Source: Gammaproteobacteria bacterium (GTDB taxonomy: Bacteria > Pseudomonadota > Gammaproteobacteria > Steroidobacterales > Foliamicaceae). Taken from it: DNA of 64,000 nt. The position numbers were made by a program, and so were the translations under genes. Shown here one piece after another: positions 19,947 to 27,739 of the stretch. Positions within the stretch are counted from its first letter, which is position 1. Each line of letters starts with the position of its first letter. The notes beneath the pieces are model-generated. The model worked only from the letters and a program-made list of their open reading frames with translations, was not told the DNA's origin and ran no database searches. The stretch is taken from positions 460,548 through 524,547 of the forward strand of contig VXYS01000004.1 in NCBI GenBank assembly GCA_009845905.1, given 5' to 3'.

Positions 19947-20078
19947 GCCGGGCGCAGCAATCGCGTCCTTGATCCAGCGTGCCGTGGCGGGGGCGCCAAT
20001 GTTGCGTACCTCAAGGCCTGATTGACTCTCATCTGCCCTGGCCACCAAGCGATTGTCGGCCGTTACCAACGAAAACCC
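19947..20078 (-). pseudogene. remnant of a PIN-domain (VapC-like) toxin, C-terminal ~44 codons only
   Basis: Directly after the antitoxin stop, and in frame with it, the sequence reads GFSLVTADNRLVARADESQSGLEVRNIG...* (stop 19944..19946). LVTADxRLA followed by an acidic stretch resembles PIN toxin C-termini. There is no start codon and no N-terminal PIN region. Confidence 0.4.
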
Positions 20079-20315
20079 TCAGCGATTGCGATCCTCGCGC
20101 AGCAGCTTGACACTGTCTGTTTGATTGCGCTCGATGGTGAGTGACTGGAGATCACGTATGCGGGCACGTAACTCCTCTATGCGCCCGAGGGGGTCCGCGC
20201 GTTGCGTCAACGTATGGCGGATTTCCCCTTCGAGGGAGCGGTGATTGGCCTTTGCCTGCGCCTTCAACTTCTCAATCACTCCATCGTCCAGGTTGCGAAT
20301 CGTTAGTGTGCCCAT
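20079..20315 (-). CDS. ribbon-helix-helix antitoxin (FitA/VapB-like)
   Basis: 78 aa starting at ATG 20315: MGTLTIRNLDDGVIEKLKAQAKANHRSLEGEIRHTLTQ, a typical RHH antitoxin N-terminus. The rest of track ORF 20079..20804 is antisense to the DUF899 gene. Confidence 0.75.
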   Translation of the reverse strand: MGTLTIRNLDDGVIEKLKAQAKANHRSLEGEIRHTLTQRADPLGRIEELRARIRDLQSLTIERNQTDSVKLLREDRNR

Positions 20316-20398
20316 TGCAGAACTCCAAAATAACTGCAATATGCTAGCAAATCGCTTGCATTTGGACAAGCGAGCGCCAAAGTAACGAACGCGCGCGT

Positions 20399-20998
20399 TT
20401 AGTAAACGTTTTGTCCGCCGTCGTCGAGGACTTCCGGGCGCTTCCAGTAGGAATATTGAGGGGTCCAGTCCTGCGCGTTCATGCCGGCCAGGGCGAGGAG
20501 GCTCCAGAGCGAGCAGTAGAGGTCGCCGGGTCCGAAGACGCAGGCGTTGAAGCGGAGAACCTTGTCCCCTTCGCGCTTGTAGACGACCGCACCGGGGTAG
20601 TTGTCCTGGCCGTCCACGACCGACTGCTCTCGAATATAGGCGCCGCCGCCGTGCGAGGCGAGCCTGAAGCGCCAGCCGCGCTCGTTGGCGAACCGCCGCT
20701 GCAGTTCCGGCGGATCCTTGGACAGCAGAACGACGGACATGGCGTTTTCCAGGTGCGGGAGAAAGCCGTTGAAACCGTCGGCCCAGACGGTGCAGTAGCG
20801 ACACCCCTGGCCCATGTTGTGGATCGCCAGCAGCGTGTCCCTGCCGGCGAACAGTTCAAGCAGACTCACCTCGCCCGACCCGTCGGCGAAGCGGTAGTCG
20901 GGCACCTCGGCGCCACGGCTCTGTTTCAGAAGCGTCCCGAGTTCCCCCGTAAGCTCGAAGATCTGCTGCTGAATTTCGGCAATGCGTTTTGTGGTCAT
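20399..20998 (-). CDS. DUF899 thioredoxin-like family protein
   Basis: About 199 aa from ATG 20998 (GAAGGAA RBS). Contains GQGCRYCTVWADGFNGFLPHLE and SHGG motifs typical of DUF899. Confidence 0.7.
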   Translation of the reverse strand: MTTKRIAEIQQQIFELTGELGTLLKQSRGAEVPDYRFADGSGEVSLLELFAGRDTLLAIHNMGQGCRYCTVWADGFNGFLPHLENAMSVVLLSKDPPELQRRFANERGWRFRLASHGGGAYIREQSVVDGQDNYPGAVVYKREGDKVLRFNACVFGPGDLYCSLWSLLALAGMNAQDWTPQYSYWKRPEVLDDGGQNVY

Positions 20999-21037
20999 CC
21001 GGATTCCTTCATCGCGTGCCGCCGGCACATCGTCATA

Positions 21038-21772
21038 TTACAAACCCAGCACGCGGTAGTCGCCGTTGACGATGAGAGCTGCGGAGACGTACACACCAAG
21101 CAGCGCGCACAGGATCCAGAAGGAATTGATCGCCACGATGTAGATGTACATGTCGCGCCGGCTCAGCAGCTTGTGCCGTCTCGCCACGAAAAAGCTGACC
21201 AGGTAAGTCGAGGTCATATAGACCCATTGCCAGGACAGCATCAGCCCGATGATCCCGGCCACCAGAGCGGAAGGGTAACCGACCGTGAATGCCGCATACA
21301 GCACCAGTGTCGGAACAAGCGTGACGAAACCGTTGGCGATGTCCACGTTGAAGCCGAAGGTGCGGCGGTCGGCATACGAGTCGTCGTAATAACAGTAGGC
21401 TGCCCAGGCATCGGCCCAGACGGCCGGCGACAGGACCAGTGTCAGCCTGATCCTTGCGGCGAAGAAACCGTGCGCTGGCGAGCGTCCCGTCCTGTGCTGC
21501 ATTTCGCGCCAGTATTCGGCGCGCGATCCGATCCTGTCGCGCAGGAAAAACAGGCAGATCTCCCAGTAGCAGATCAGGAGATTGACCGAAAAGAACAGGC
21601 AGAACAGAGAGTGAAGAAAATTCACCTCCCCGCTGGTCCGCCAGCGCACCAGGATGCCGAGGAGTGTGCCGCCTGCGACGACCAGAACAACGACCAGCGC
21701 CACCGGCACCGTCAGCCCCTTGCTTCCCCGGCCCTGTTCGGATGGCGGCAGGCTGGCGCGGCTGTCGGACAT
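21038..21772 (-). CDS. EXPERA-domain membrane protein (EBP/TMEM97-like), candidate sterol Delta8-Delta7 isomerase
   Basis: 244 aa with 4-5 hydrophobic segments. WAAYCYYDDSYADRRTFGFNVDIANGFVTLVP aligns by eye with human EBP [31 protein letters not shown]. INSFW aligns with the EBP MNALW (N193/W196) motif. Confidence 0.55.
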   Translation of the reverse strand: MSDSRASLPPSEQGRGSKGLTVPVALVVVLVVAGGTLLGILVRWRTSGEVNFLHSLFCLFFSVNLLICYWEICLFFLRDRIGSRAEYWREMQHRTGRSPAHGFFAARIRLTLVLSPAVWADAWAAYCYYDDSYADRRTFGFNVDIANGFVTLVPTLVLYAAFTVGYPSALVAGIIGLMLSWQWVYMTSTYLVSFFVARRHKLLSRRDMYIYIVAINSFWILCALLGVYVSAALIVNGDYRVLGL

Positions 21773-21825
21773 GTGCCCCCCTCACACTATCCACTGTGGC
21801 GGCGAGCGCATTCTAACTTGCCGCG

Positions 21826-21856
21826 TTGCGACGAAACGGGTCGCACACGATACAAT
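21826..21856 (+). promoter_or_regulatory. candidate promoter/operator for the sterol methyltransferase gene
   Basis: TTGCGA (21826..21831), a 19-nt spacer, then TACAAT (21851..21856). Palindrome TGCGAC-N7-GTCGCA (21827..21845) overlaps the -35 element and spacer. The spacer is longer than optimal. Confidence 0.3.
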
Positions 21857-21895
21857 CCCGCTCGTTACCTGCCGGCATATCGGGAGGCGCGGGGG

Positions 21896-22915
21896 ATGGA
21901 TGCGAAAGTAGCCAAACGTTCCCTTGGGAATCTGACCCAGGGGGAAGTGAAGTCGGTGGTCGATGACTACGTCGGGCTCCACGATGCCGGCGTTGAGCGC
22001 AAGAAGGAGCATTACCGGCAGCTCGTCAACAACTACTACGACCTCGTGACCGATTTCTACGAGTGGGGTTGGGGCAAGAGCTTCCACTTCGCTCCGCGGC
22101 GACGGGGCGAGAACTTCAAGGCATCACAGATCCGGCACCAGCATTTCCTGGCCGACAAGCTCTCGCTGAAACCGGGAATGCAGATTCTCGACGCGGGATG
22201 CGGTGTGGGCGGACCCATGGGCAATCTGGCCCGCTTTAGCGGCGCGAGTTTTGTCGGCGTCAACAACAACGCCTACCAGATCGAGCGCGCGAAAGTGCAC
22301 ACCCGGGACGTTGAGGCGCTGTGCCGTTTCATCAAGAGCGACTACATGAAGATTCCCCGGAGCGACGACCACTACGATGGCGCCATAAGCATCGAAGCGA
22401 TGCCCCACGCGCCGGACAAGACCGCCGCGTACGGCGAGATCTTCCGTCTTTTGCGTCCCGGGGCCGGTTTCGCGTGCTACGAGTGGTGTGTCACCGACGT
22501 TTTCGATCCTTCGAACACGGAACATCTGCGGATCAAGGAAGGAATCATGACGGGGTCGGCGCTACCCGACATCGCCGGCACGACAGAAGTGTGCGAAGCC
22601 GTGCGCGCGGCCGGGTTCGAGCTGCTCGAAGCCCGGGACCTTGCGCCCGATTCGGATCCGGAAACGCCCTGGTACCGGGCTTTGCAGGGCCGGGACTTCA
22701 CTCTGGCGAGCATCCCGCGCACGCCCTTGGGCCGCGCCCTGACCAATCTGATCCTGCGAATTGCGGAGCCGTTGCGACTCGCTCCGCAAGGCGCGCGGGA
22801 GGTCAGCACGTTCCTGAACTGGGGCGCGGACACGCTCGTTGAAGGCGGCCGGACCGGCATCTTTACGCCGATGTACTTTTTCCTGGCCCGCAAACCCCTG
22901 TCCGGGGGAGACTGA
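21896..22915 (+). CDS. sterol C-24 methyltransferase (ERG6/SMT1 family)
   Basis: 339 aa from ATG 21896 (GGGAGG RBS 8 nt upstream). Contains YYDLVTDFYEWGWGKSFHF (SMT region I), the SAM site LDAGCGVGGP, IEAMPHAP and YEWCVTD. The first 495 codons of track ORF 20411.. are antisense to other genes and are rejected. Confidence 0.85.
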   Translation: MDAKVAKRSLGNLTQGEVKSVVDDYVGLHDAGVERKKEHYRQLVNNYYDLVTDFYEWGWGKSFHFAPRRRGENFKASQIRHQHFLADKLSLKPGMQILDAGCGVGGPMGNLARFSGASFVGVNNNAYQIERAKVHTRDVEALCRFIKSDYMKIPRSDDHYDGAISIEAMPHAPDKTAAYGEIFRLLRPGAGFACYEWCVTDVFDPSNTEHLRIKEGIMTGSALPDIAGTTEVCEAVRAAGFELLEARDLAPDSDPETPWYRALQGRDFTLASIPRTPLGRALTNLILRIAEPLRLAPQGAREVSTFLNWGADTLVEGGRTGIFTPMYFFLARKPLSGGD

Positions 22916-22917
22916 CC

Positions 22918-25900
22918 TCACGCGGCGCGCGGCCTGATCCGAACCGCGTCCGGCTCCTTCTCCTTCGAAGCGGCGGTCAGTTCGAGTCGGGTCCGGCGGC
23001 GTTGCTCGTACAGGCCGAGCGCGCGCAGCGGGAAATACTGTCGGTACAGGACGTAGTCCAGCAGCGCCGTGCGGAAGAAGACGCCGGCCATGTCCTGTTT
23101 CGGCCAGCCGCCATCCGCTTCCTGGGCGTTGAGCAGAAAACGTGCGCCGCGCGCAATCGCGGTCCAGTTGGACTCATCTGCCTCCAGCAGCGCTAGCAGG
23201 GCCCAGGCGGTCTGGATGACCTGGCTTTCCTCGTGCGCAACATAGCGGCCCGTCAGGCAACCGCTGTGGTGTTCGCCCCATCCGCCGTCATCGCGCTGCC
23301 GGTCGAGCAGCCAGCGGCAGGCCAGGCGCAGCGCCGGATCGCTCGGTCCCGCCCCGGCGGCAACCAGGCCCCTGATGCCGAACAGGGTCCCGTAGATGTA
23401 CTGAACGCCCCACACGCCACGCCATGAGCCATCGCGCTCCTGGGTCTTGCGCAGCCAGGCGGCGCCCCTTGCGATGGCCCGCGCCGCCGGCGGATCAAGT
23501 GCCTGCGGGAACCGGCGCCCGCAGGCGGCCAGCGCCTCCAGACAGGACCCCGTGCACTCGACGTAGGAATTTTCGGTCATCGATTCGCCGAACATCTCGG
23601 CGGGGTTCAGCCACTCGAGACCGATCCGCGAGCGTCGTGCTTCATAGCTGCCGAAGCCGCCATCGCGGTTCTGGCTTCGCAACATGAACCGGACCGCCTC
23701 ATTCAGCGCCGCCTTGTCCGCGTCATCACCTCCTGCGGCGAGTATCCCGAGCACGGCTTCGGCGGTGCAGTCGCTCACCGGCCAGCCATGCCAGCCGCCG
23801 GGAAAACACCAGCCTCCCTTCGGGTCGGCGCGAAAGGCCTCGCGATACCCGTCGAAGCTGGTGCGGATCTGTTGTGAGCGCAGGAAGCCGGCGCCCTTGC
23901 GGACAGCGTCGTTAATTTCATCGGACCCGGGCGCGTCCGCGAGCGCCTGCACGGAAAAGGCGGTGTCCCAGGTGCTGCTTCTGGCTCCGGTGACCCGCGC
24001 GCCGAGCTCCTCGTCTTCCCAGAACCACCCATCGAGCCCGGCGAGCGCCGTACGGCAGTCGGCATCGTCCCGATCGTGCAGCCACAAGGCCAGAATGTTC
24101 AGAAAACCGCTGACCGGCGAGATGCTGCTGTGACTCGTGGTCTGCAACTCCCACTGGATCTGGCGGACCAGCTTCTCAAGGCAGCGGCGGCGCAGGCGCT
24201 TGCTGTGGATTCGTTCATACAGGCGCGCCAACGCGTATCCGGCTCGCAACCACACGCTCGGTCGCACAAACAGGTCGGCGTCGCGCAGGCGGTTGCGGGC
24301 GGAAGAAAAATCAAGGCGGTCAAACTCTTTTCCGAACAATTCTTCGCGCAGGGATTCGATCACGGGCGTGACCGGCGCCTGGAACCGATGCGCGTAGATG
24401 GACGCCATCGCCATGTAAATGAGCCGCGTATGGCAGTACCAGTTCGACGGATGCAACGGCAACCCGCGCGGCAGCTTCCACAGTTCCGGAAGAATTGCGT
24501 TCACCCCGCGCCAGTCATACAGATTGAGCAGCGCCAGCCAGAATTTCCCCCAGCTCGGGACCGCAAGCACGTCCTCTTCGGCGAGGAAACGGCCGGCCGG
24601 TGCGACAAGCGGGTCGTCAGGCTCCACGCCGAGCAGTCTCGACGCGACATAAACCAGCACGGTCACGAACAGGTGGGGCGGCGAGTGCTCGTGCAATCCC
24701 CACGCGCCGTCCGCCAGGCGGGTGCATTCGAACGAGCGCAGGATGCGCCGCCGCCGGCCGGAGTCTATCGGCTCACCGAGAATGTGCTGCAGCAGCACGT
24801 ATTGCGCCGTGAGCATGGGGCACCAGACCATCTCGCCTTCCCAGGCGCCGTCCTCGCCCTGAAGGTCCAGAAGGCGCGCCGCTGCCCTGCGCAATGCAGG
24901 CTCCGCGTCGGGCGACGCGGATTCGCCCGTCCGCGGGGCGCCGGCTCGGCCGTCGTTCGAGGACATGGAAGCGAGAAGCGCGCGCGACAACGCCCTGCGG
25001 GCCTCCCGGTCCTTGCCGCCGCCTCCGTCCCTGGCCTCCTTCAGCTTGCGAATGCCACGCAAGAACCAGCGGGCGCGGGCAACGAGCGGGAAAACGATGT
25101 AGCGTGCCCGCCGCCAGGCCAACTGTCTGAATGATGAACGAACCACGCCCGCAACGGCCCGGATCACCGTAGCTAGCGTTGCGAGCACAAGGTGGGTCAT
25201 CGAGGTTTCCTCGCAGGCGAGCAGCCGCATGGTCCGGTCGCGAACGACGCCATGCGCCCGCCAGTTGCGGTAGATCGCGCGCCGGAGCGCTGCCGCTTCG
25301 AGTCGATGATCGGCAAAGACCTCGTACAGCCCCATGGCGAGCAGCTCCGGGGCGCGGGTCGCCCTGAATCGCCGGACGGCGAAATTCCTGAAGCTCCCGC
25401 CTTCCGCCAGCGCGGCGGCGTCGCCGAAACCGAGCGTCATGCCCACCGCCGTCATCGGATGATAGTGCCCGGCCGCATCGCCGATCAGCACCCGCCTCGA
25501 CGTGCCGTACGAGACGCGCGGCCTGAGTTCATTGGCCGCCGCGTGGAATTTGCCCGACTTCAGCGCCGAGAGATAAGCGGGTCGCAATGCTTCCGGCAGG
25601 ACCCGAGCGTAAGACTCGGCCAGCAGGCCGGTCCTGTCGCGCGAGGTCCATTGCTCAAGCGGCACATCGACAACGATCCTGACGCAATGCTCGCCCAGCG
25701 GATATCCGAGAATCGGACCCGGGCCGCCGAGCATCACGTATCCGTAACCGGCCGGCTGCAGACTCACGCCTTCAAGGGTCACGCCCACCATCCGCGAGCA
25801 GGCCTTGCGCCGCATCGGCAGGCCCAGCGACCGCCGCACGGCGGAAGACCGGCCGTCGGCGCCGACAATCCTGTCGGCGGCGAGGTGTTCGCTGGAGCCG

Positions 25901-26394
25901 CCGCGGGTGAAGACCACGCCGTCGTCTTCGACCTGCCTTACCCGCGCATTGACAAGAAAGTCGATGCCCGGCTCATTGCGGACGGCTTCATGCAGACGCG
26001 CCACGAGGACCTCATGGTCGCAGGCTATACCCCGCCCCCCGCCGGGGTACGGGAGCACGATCGGTTCCGAACCGTCCTCCGGAAACACCACGAAGCCCTG
26101 ACCCTCGGTGCTGCGCAGCGGTGGATCGAGGCGGATGCCGGCATCGCGCAACATGCGCACGGCCAGCGGATGCAACCACTCGCCGGCCAGCCGCGTGGCC
26201 GCCCTGGGGTTCGCCTCAAGCAACGCCACGCGCGCGCCCTTGCGCGCGTGAGCGAGCGCGCAATAGCTGCCGACAGGCCCCGCGCCTACGATGATTACGT
26301 CGTAACGCGGGGAGGCGGCGCTCAACTGAATACGCTCGCTTGCGAGCGGCGGCGATAGCGGACCCGGCACGGTACCGTGGGGCCCGTCACCCAA
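22918..26394 (-). CDS. fusion protein: squalene monooxygenase (epoxidase) N-terminal domain + oxidosqualene cyclase C-terminal domain
   Basis: Single uninterrupted 1158-codon ORF. N-terminal part: YDVIIVGAGPVG, LAGEWLHP, IGDAAGHYHPMTAVGMT (squalene-epoxidase-like). C-terminal part: GWPVSDCTAEAV (OSC catalytic Asp motif), YVECTGSCLEAL and QW-type repeats RDGGFGSY, DDGGWGEH, ADGGWPKQ. There is no ATG at the 5' end, so the start is TTG 26394, GTG 26370 or TTG 26325. Confidence 0.85.
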   Translation of the reverse strand: MGDGPHGTVPGPLSPPLASERIQLSAASPRYDVIIVGAGPVGSYCALAHARKGARVALLEANPRAATRLAGEWLHPLAVRMLRDAGIRLDPPLRSTEGQGFVVFPEDGSEPIVLPYPGGGRGIACDHEVLVARLHEAVRNEPGIDFLVNARVRQVEDDGVVFTRGGSSEHLAADRIVGADGRSSAVRRSLGLPMRRKACSRMVGVTLEGVSLQPAGYGYVMLGGPGPILGYPLGEHCVRIVVDVPLEQWTSRDRTGLLAESYARVLPEALRPAYLSALKSGKFHAAANELRPRVSYGTSRRVLIGDAAGHYHPMTAVGMTLGFGDAAALAEGGSFRNFAVRRFRATRAPELLAMGLYEVFADHRLEAAALRRAIYRNWRAHGVVRDRTMRLLACEETSMTHLVLATLATVIRAVAGVVRSSFRQLAWRRARYIVFPLVARARWFLRGIRKLKEARDGGGGKDREARRALSRALLASMSSNDGRAGAPRTGESASPDAEPALRRAAARLLDLQGEDGAWEGEMVWCPMLTAQYVLLQHILGEPIDSGRRRRILRSFECTRLADGAWGLHEHSPPHLFVTVLVYVASRLLGVEPDDPLVAPAGRFLAEEDVLAVPSWGKFWLALLNLYDWRGVNAILPELWKLPRGLPLHPSNWYCHTRLIYMAMASIYAHRFQAPVTPVIESLREELFGKEFDRLDFSSARNRLRDADLFVRPSVWLRAGYALARLYERIHSKRLRRRCLEKLVRQIQWELQTTSHSSISPVSGFLNILALWLHDRDDADCRTALAGLDGWFWEDEELGARVTGARSSTWDTAFSVQALADAPGSDEINDAVRKGAGFLRSQQIRTSFDGYREAFRADPKGGWCFPGGWHGWPVSDCTAEAVLGILAAGGDDADKAALNEAVRFMLRSQNRDGGFGSYEARRSRIGLEWLNPAEMFGESMTENSYVECTGSCLEALAACGRRFPQALDPPAARAIARGAAWLRKTQERDGSWRGVWGVQYIYGTLFGIRGLVAAGAGPSDPALRLACRWLLDRQRDDGGWGEHHSGCLTGRYVAHEESQVIQTAWALLALLEADESNWTAIARGARFLLNAQEADGGWPKQDMAGVFFRTALLDYVLYRQYFPLRALGLYEQRRRTRLELTAASKEKEPDAVRIRPRAA

Positions 26395-27731
26395 CTGCCG
26401 TAATTCGGCGCGGGAAAATCCGCAACGGGATCAAAATCGAAGCGGTCCAGCAGCACCGCCCAGATCGCCTTCAGTTGCAGCATGGCGAATTTCTCCCCCA
26501 TGCAACGGTGCTTGCCCCCGCCGAAGCCGATCAGCGTGTAGAGGTGCTGCTTGTTCTCGCTGCGCGGCGGAGCGAACCGTTCGGGATCGAATCGCTCGGG
26601 ATCGGCGAACAGGCCCGGCAAACGGTGCGAGACCGCCGGAGACACGACGGCCAGGGCGCCGGCGGGCACCGTGTGGCCCGCATACTGCAGAGGCCGGAGC
26701 ACCTTGCGGATCAGCAGTATCAGCGGCGGGTGCAGCCGCTCGCATTCGCGCACCGTGTATTCCAGCGCCACCTGCCGCTTCAGTCCGTCGAGGCTCATGG
26801 CCCCCGCCTCACCGTAAATCTCGCGCATCTCGGCGCGAATCCGCGCCACGCAGGCGGGATCGCGGAACATCTCAAGACCCATCCAGCTTGCGAGCACCGC
26901 GCTGGTGTGCTGGCCGGCGAACAGGACCGTCAGCAGTATCCCGGTCACCTCGTCGTCGCTCAGGGTCCGGCCGTCCTTGTAGCGGGACTGCATCAGCGCC
27001 TGCATGAAATCTTCCGGCGCGGCGCCCGAACCCCGCCGGCCCTCCATGATTCGGACAAGAATCCCGGCTATCCTGCGGCGCGCGCGGTCGCGACGCCGAT
27101 GCGCCGGGATCGGCAGCCTGGGCAGGAAGAAGCCGATCAGGTTTATGCCCTCCTCGAGGTCGTGGTACGCCTGGGCGAATCCCGAATCCACCTGATCCCG
27201 TACCTCCTGACCCAGCAGGCAGCGGCTGGCGATGTTCACGGTAAGCCGGTTCATCGCCGCCGGCAGGTCCAGCGTTCCTTCCTCTCCGAGCGCGTCGGCA
27301 AACCGGGCGGCCTCCTCATACATGATTTGCGCGTACCTGCGCATGGACGCATCGCGCAGCGCCGGATACAGGAACCCCAACTGCTCCGCCATGATCTCGG
27401 GGGCCACGTCGTAGGCCACGCCGCGCCCGAAGATAGGCACCGTGAACTGATAGACGGCACGGGCGTCAAGCTGGTCCTCGGGCGCGCGGAAGTAGCAGTC
27501 GTGGGCTTCCGGCCCGGTGAACAGCACGAATTCGCGGGTCCCCAGCCGGAAACGGACCAGTTCGCCGTGCTCACGCCAGCCGCGATCGAGCATCGCCACC
27601 GGGTCCCTCTGGAACTCGGGCAGATGACCGAGCAACGGCCAACCGCCGGAGAGTTCGGGAATCGGCTTGCCCGGCGGCGCCGCGGGCCGCGCCGAACGCA
27701 GGGTGGCTGCACTGTCGGTATGGTTCGGCAC
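26322..27731 (-). CDS. cyp51: cytochrome P450 sterol 14-alpha-demethylase (CYP51)
   Basis: Heme loop FGGGKHRCMGEKFA. Also PELSGGWPLLGHLPEFQRDP, VYQFTVPIFGRGVAYD and FAGQHTS, which match the CYP51 pattern I recall from Mycobacterium CYP51. Start GTG 27731 has a GAGGA RBS 5 nt upstream. Track ORF start 27794 would overlap the reductase gene. Confidence 0.85.
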   Translation of the reverse strand: MPNHTDSAATLRSARPAAPPGKPIPELSGGWPLLGHLPEFQRDPVAMLDRGWREHGELVRFRLGTREFVLFTGPEAHDCYFRAPEDQLDARAVYQFTVPIFGRGVAYDVAPEIMAEQLGFLYPALRDASMRRYAQIMYEEAARFADALGEEGTLDLPAAMNRLTVNIASRCLLGQEVRDQVDSGFAQAYHDLEEGINLIGFFLPRLPIPAHRRRDRARRRIAGILVRIMEGRRGSGAAPEDFMQALMQSRYKDGRTLSDDEVTGILLTVLFAGQHTSAVLASWMGLEMFRDPACVARIRAEMREIYGEAGAMSLDGLKRQVALEYTVRECERLHPPLILLIRKVLRPLQYAGHTVPAGALAVVSPAVSHRLPGLFADPERFDPERFAPPRSENKQHLYTLIGFGGGKHRCMGEKFAMLQLKAIWAVLLDRFDFDPVADFPAPNYGSWVTGPTVPCRVRYRRRSQASVFS

Positions 27732-27739
27732 GTCTGTCC

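Noticed and set aside
20411-21895. N-terminal 495 codons of the 834-aa + strand ORF ending at 22915
   Set aside because: This part is antisense to the DUF899 and EBP-like genes and has shadow-ORF composition. Homology to sterol methyltransferases begins only at ATG 21896, which has a good RBS.
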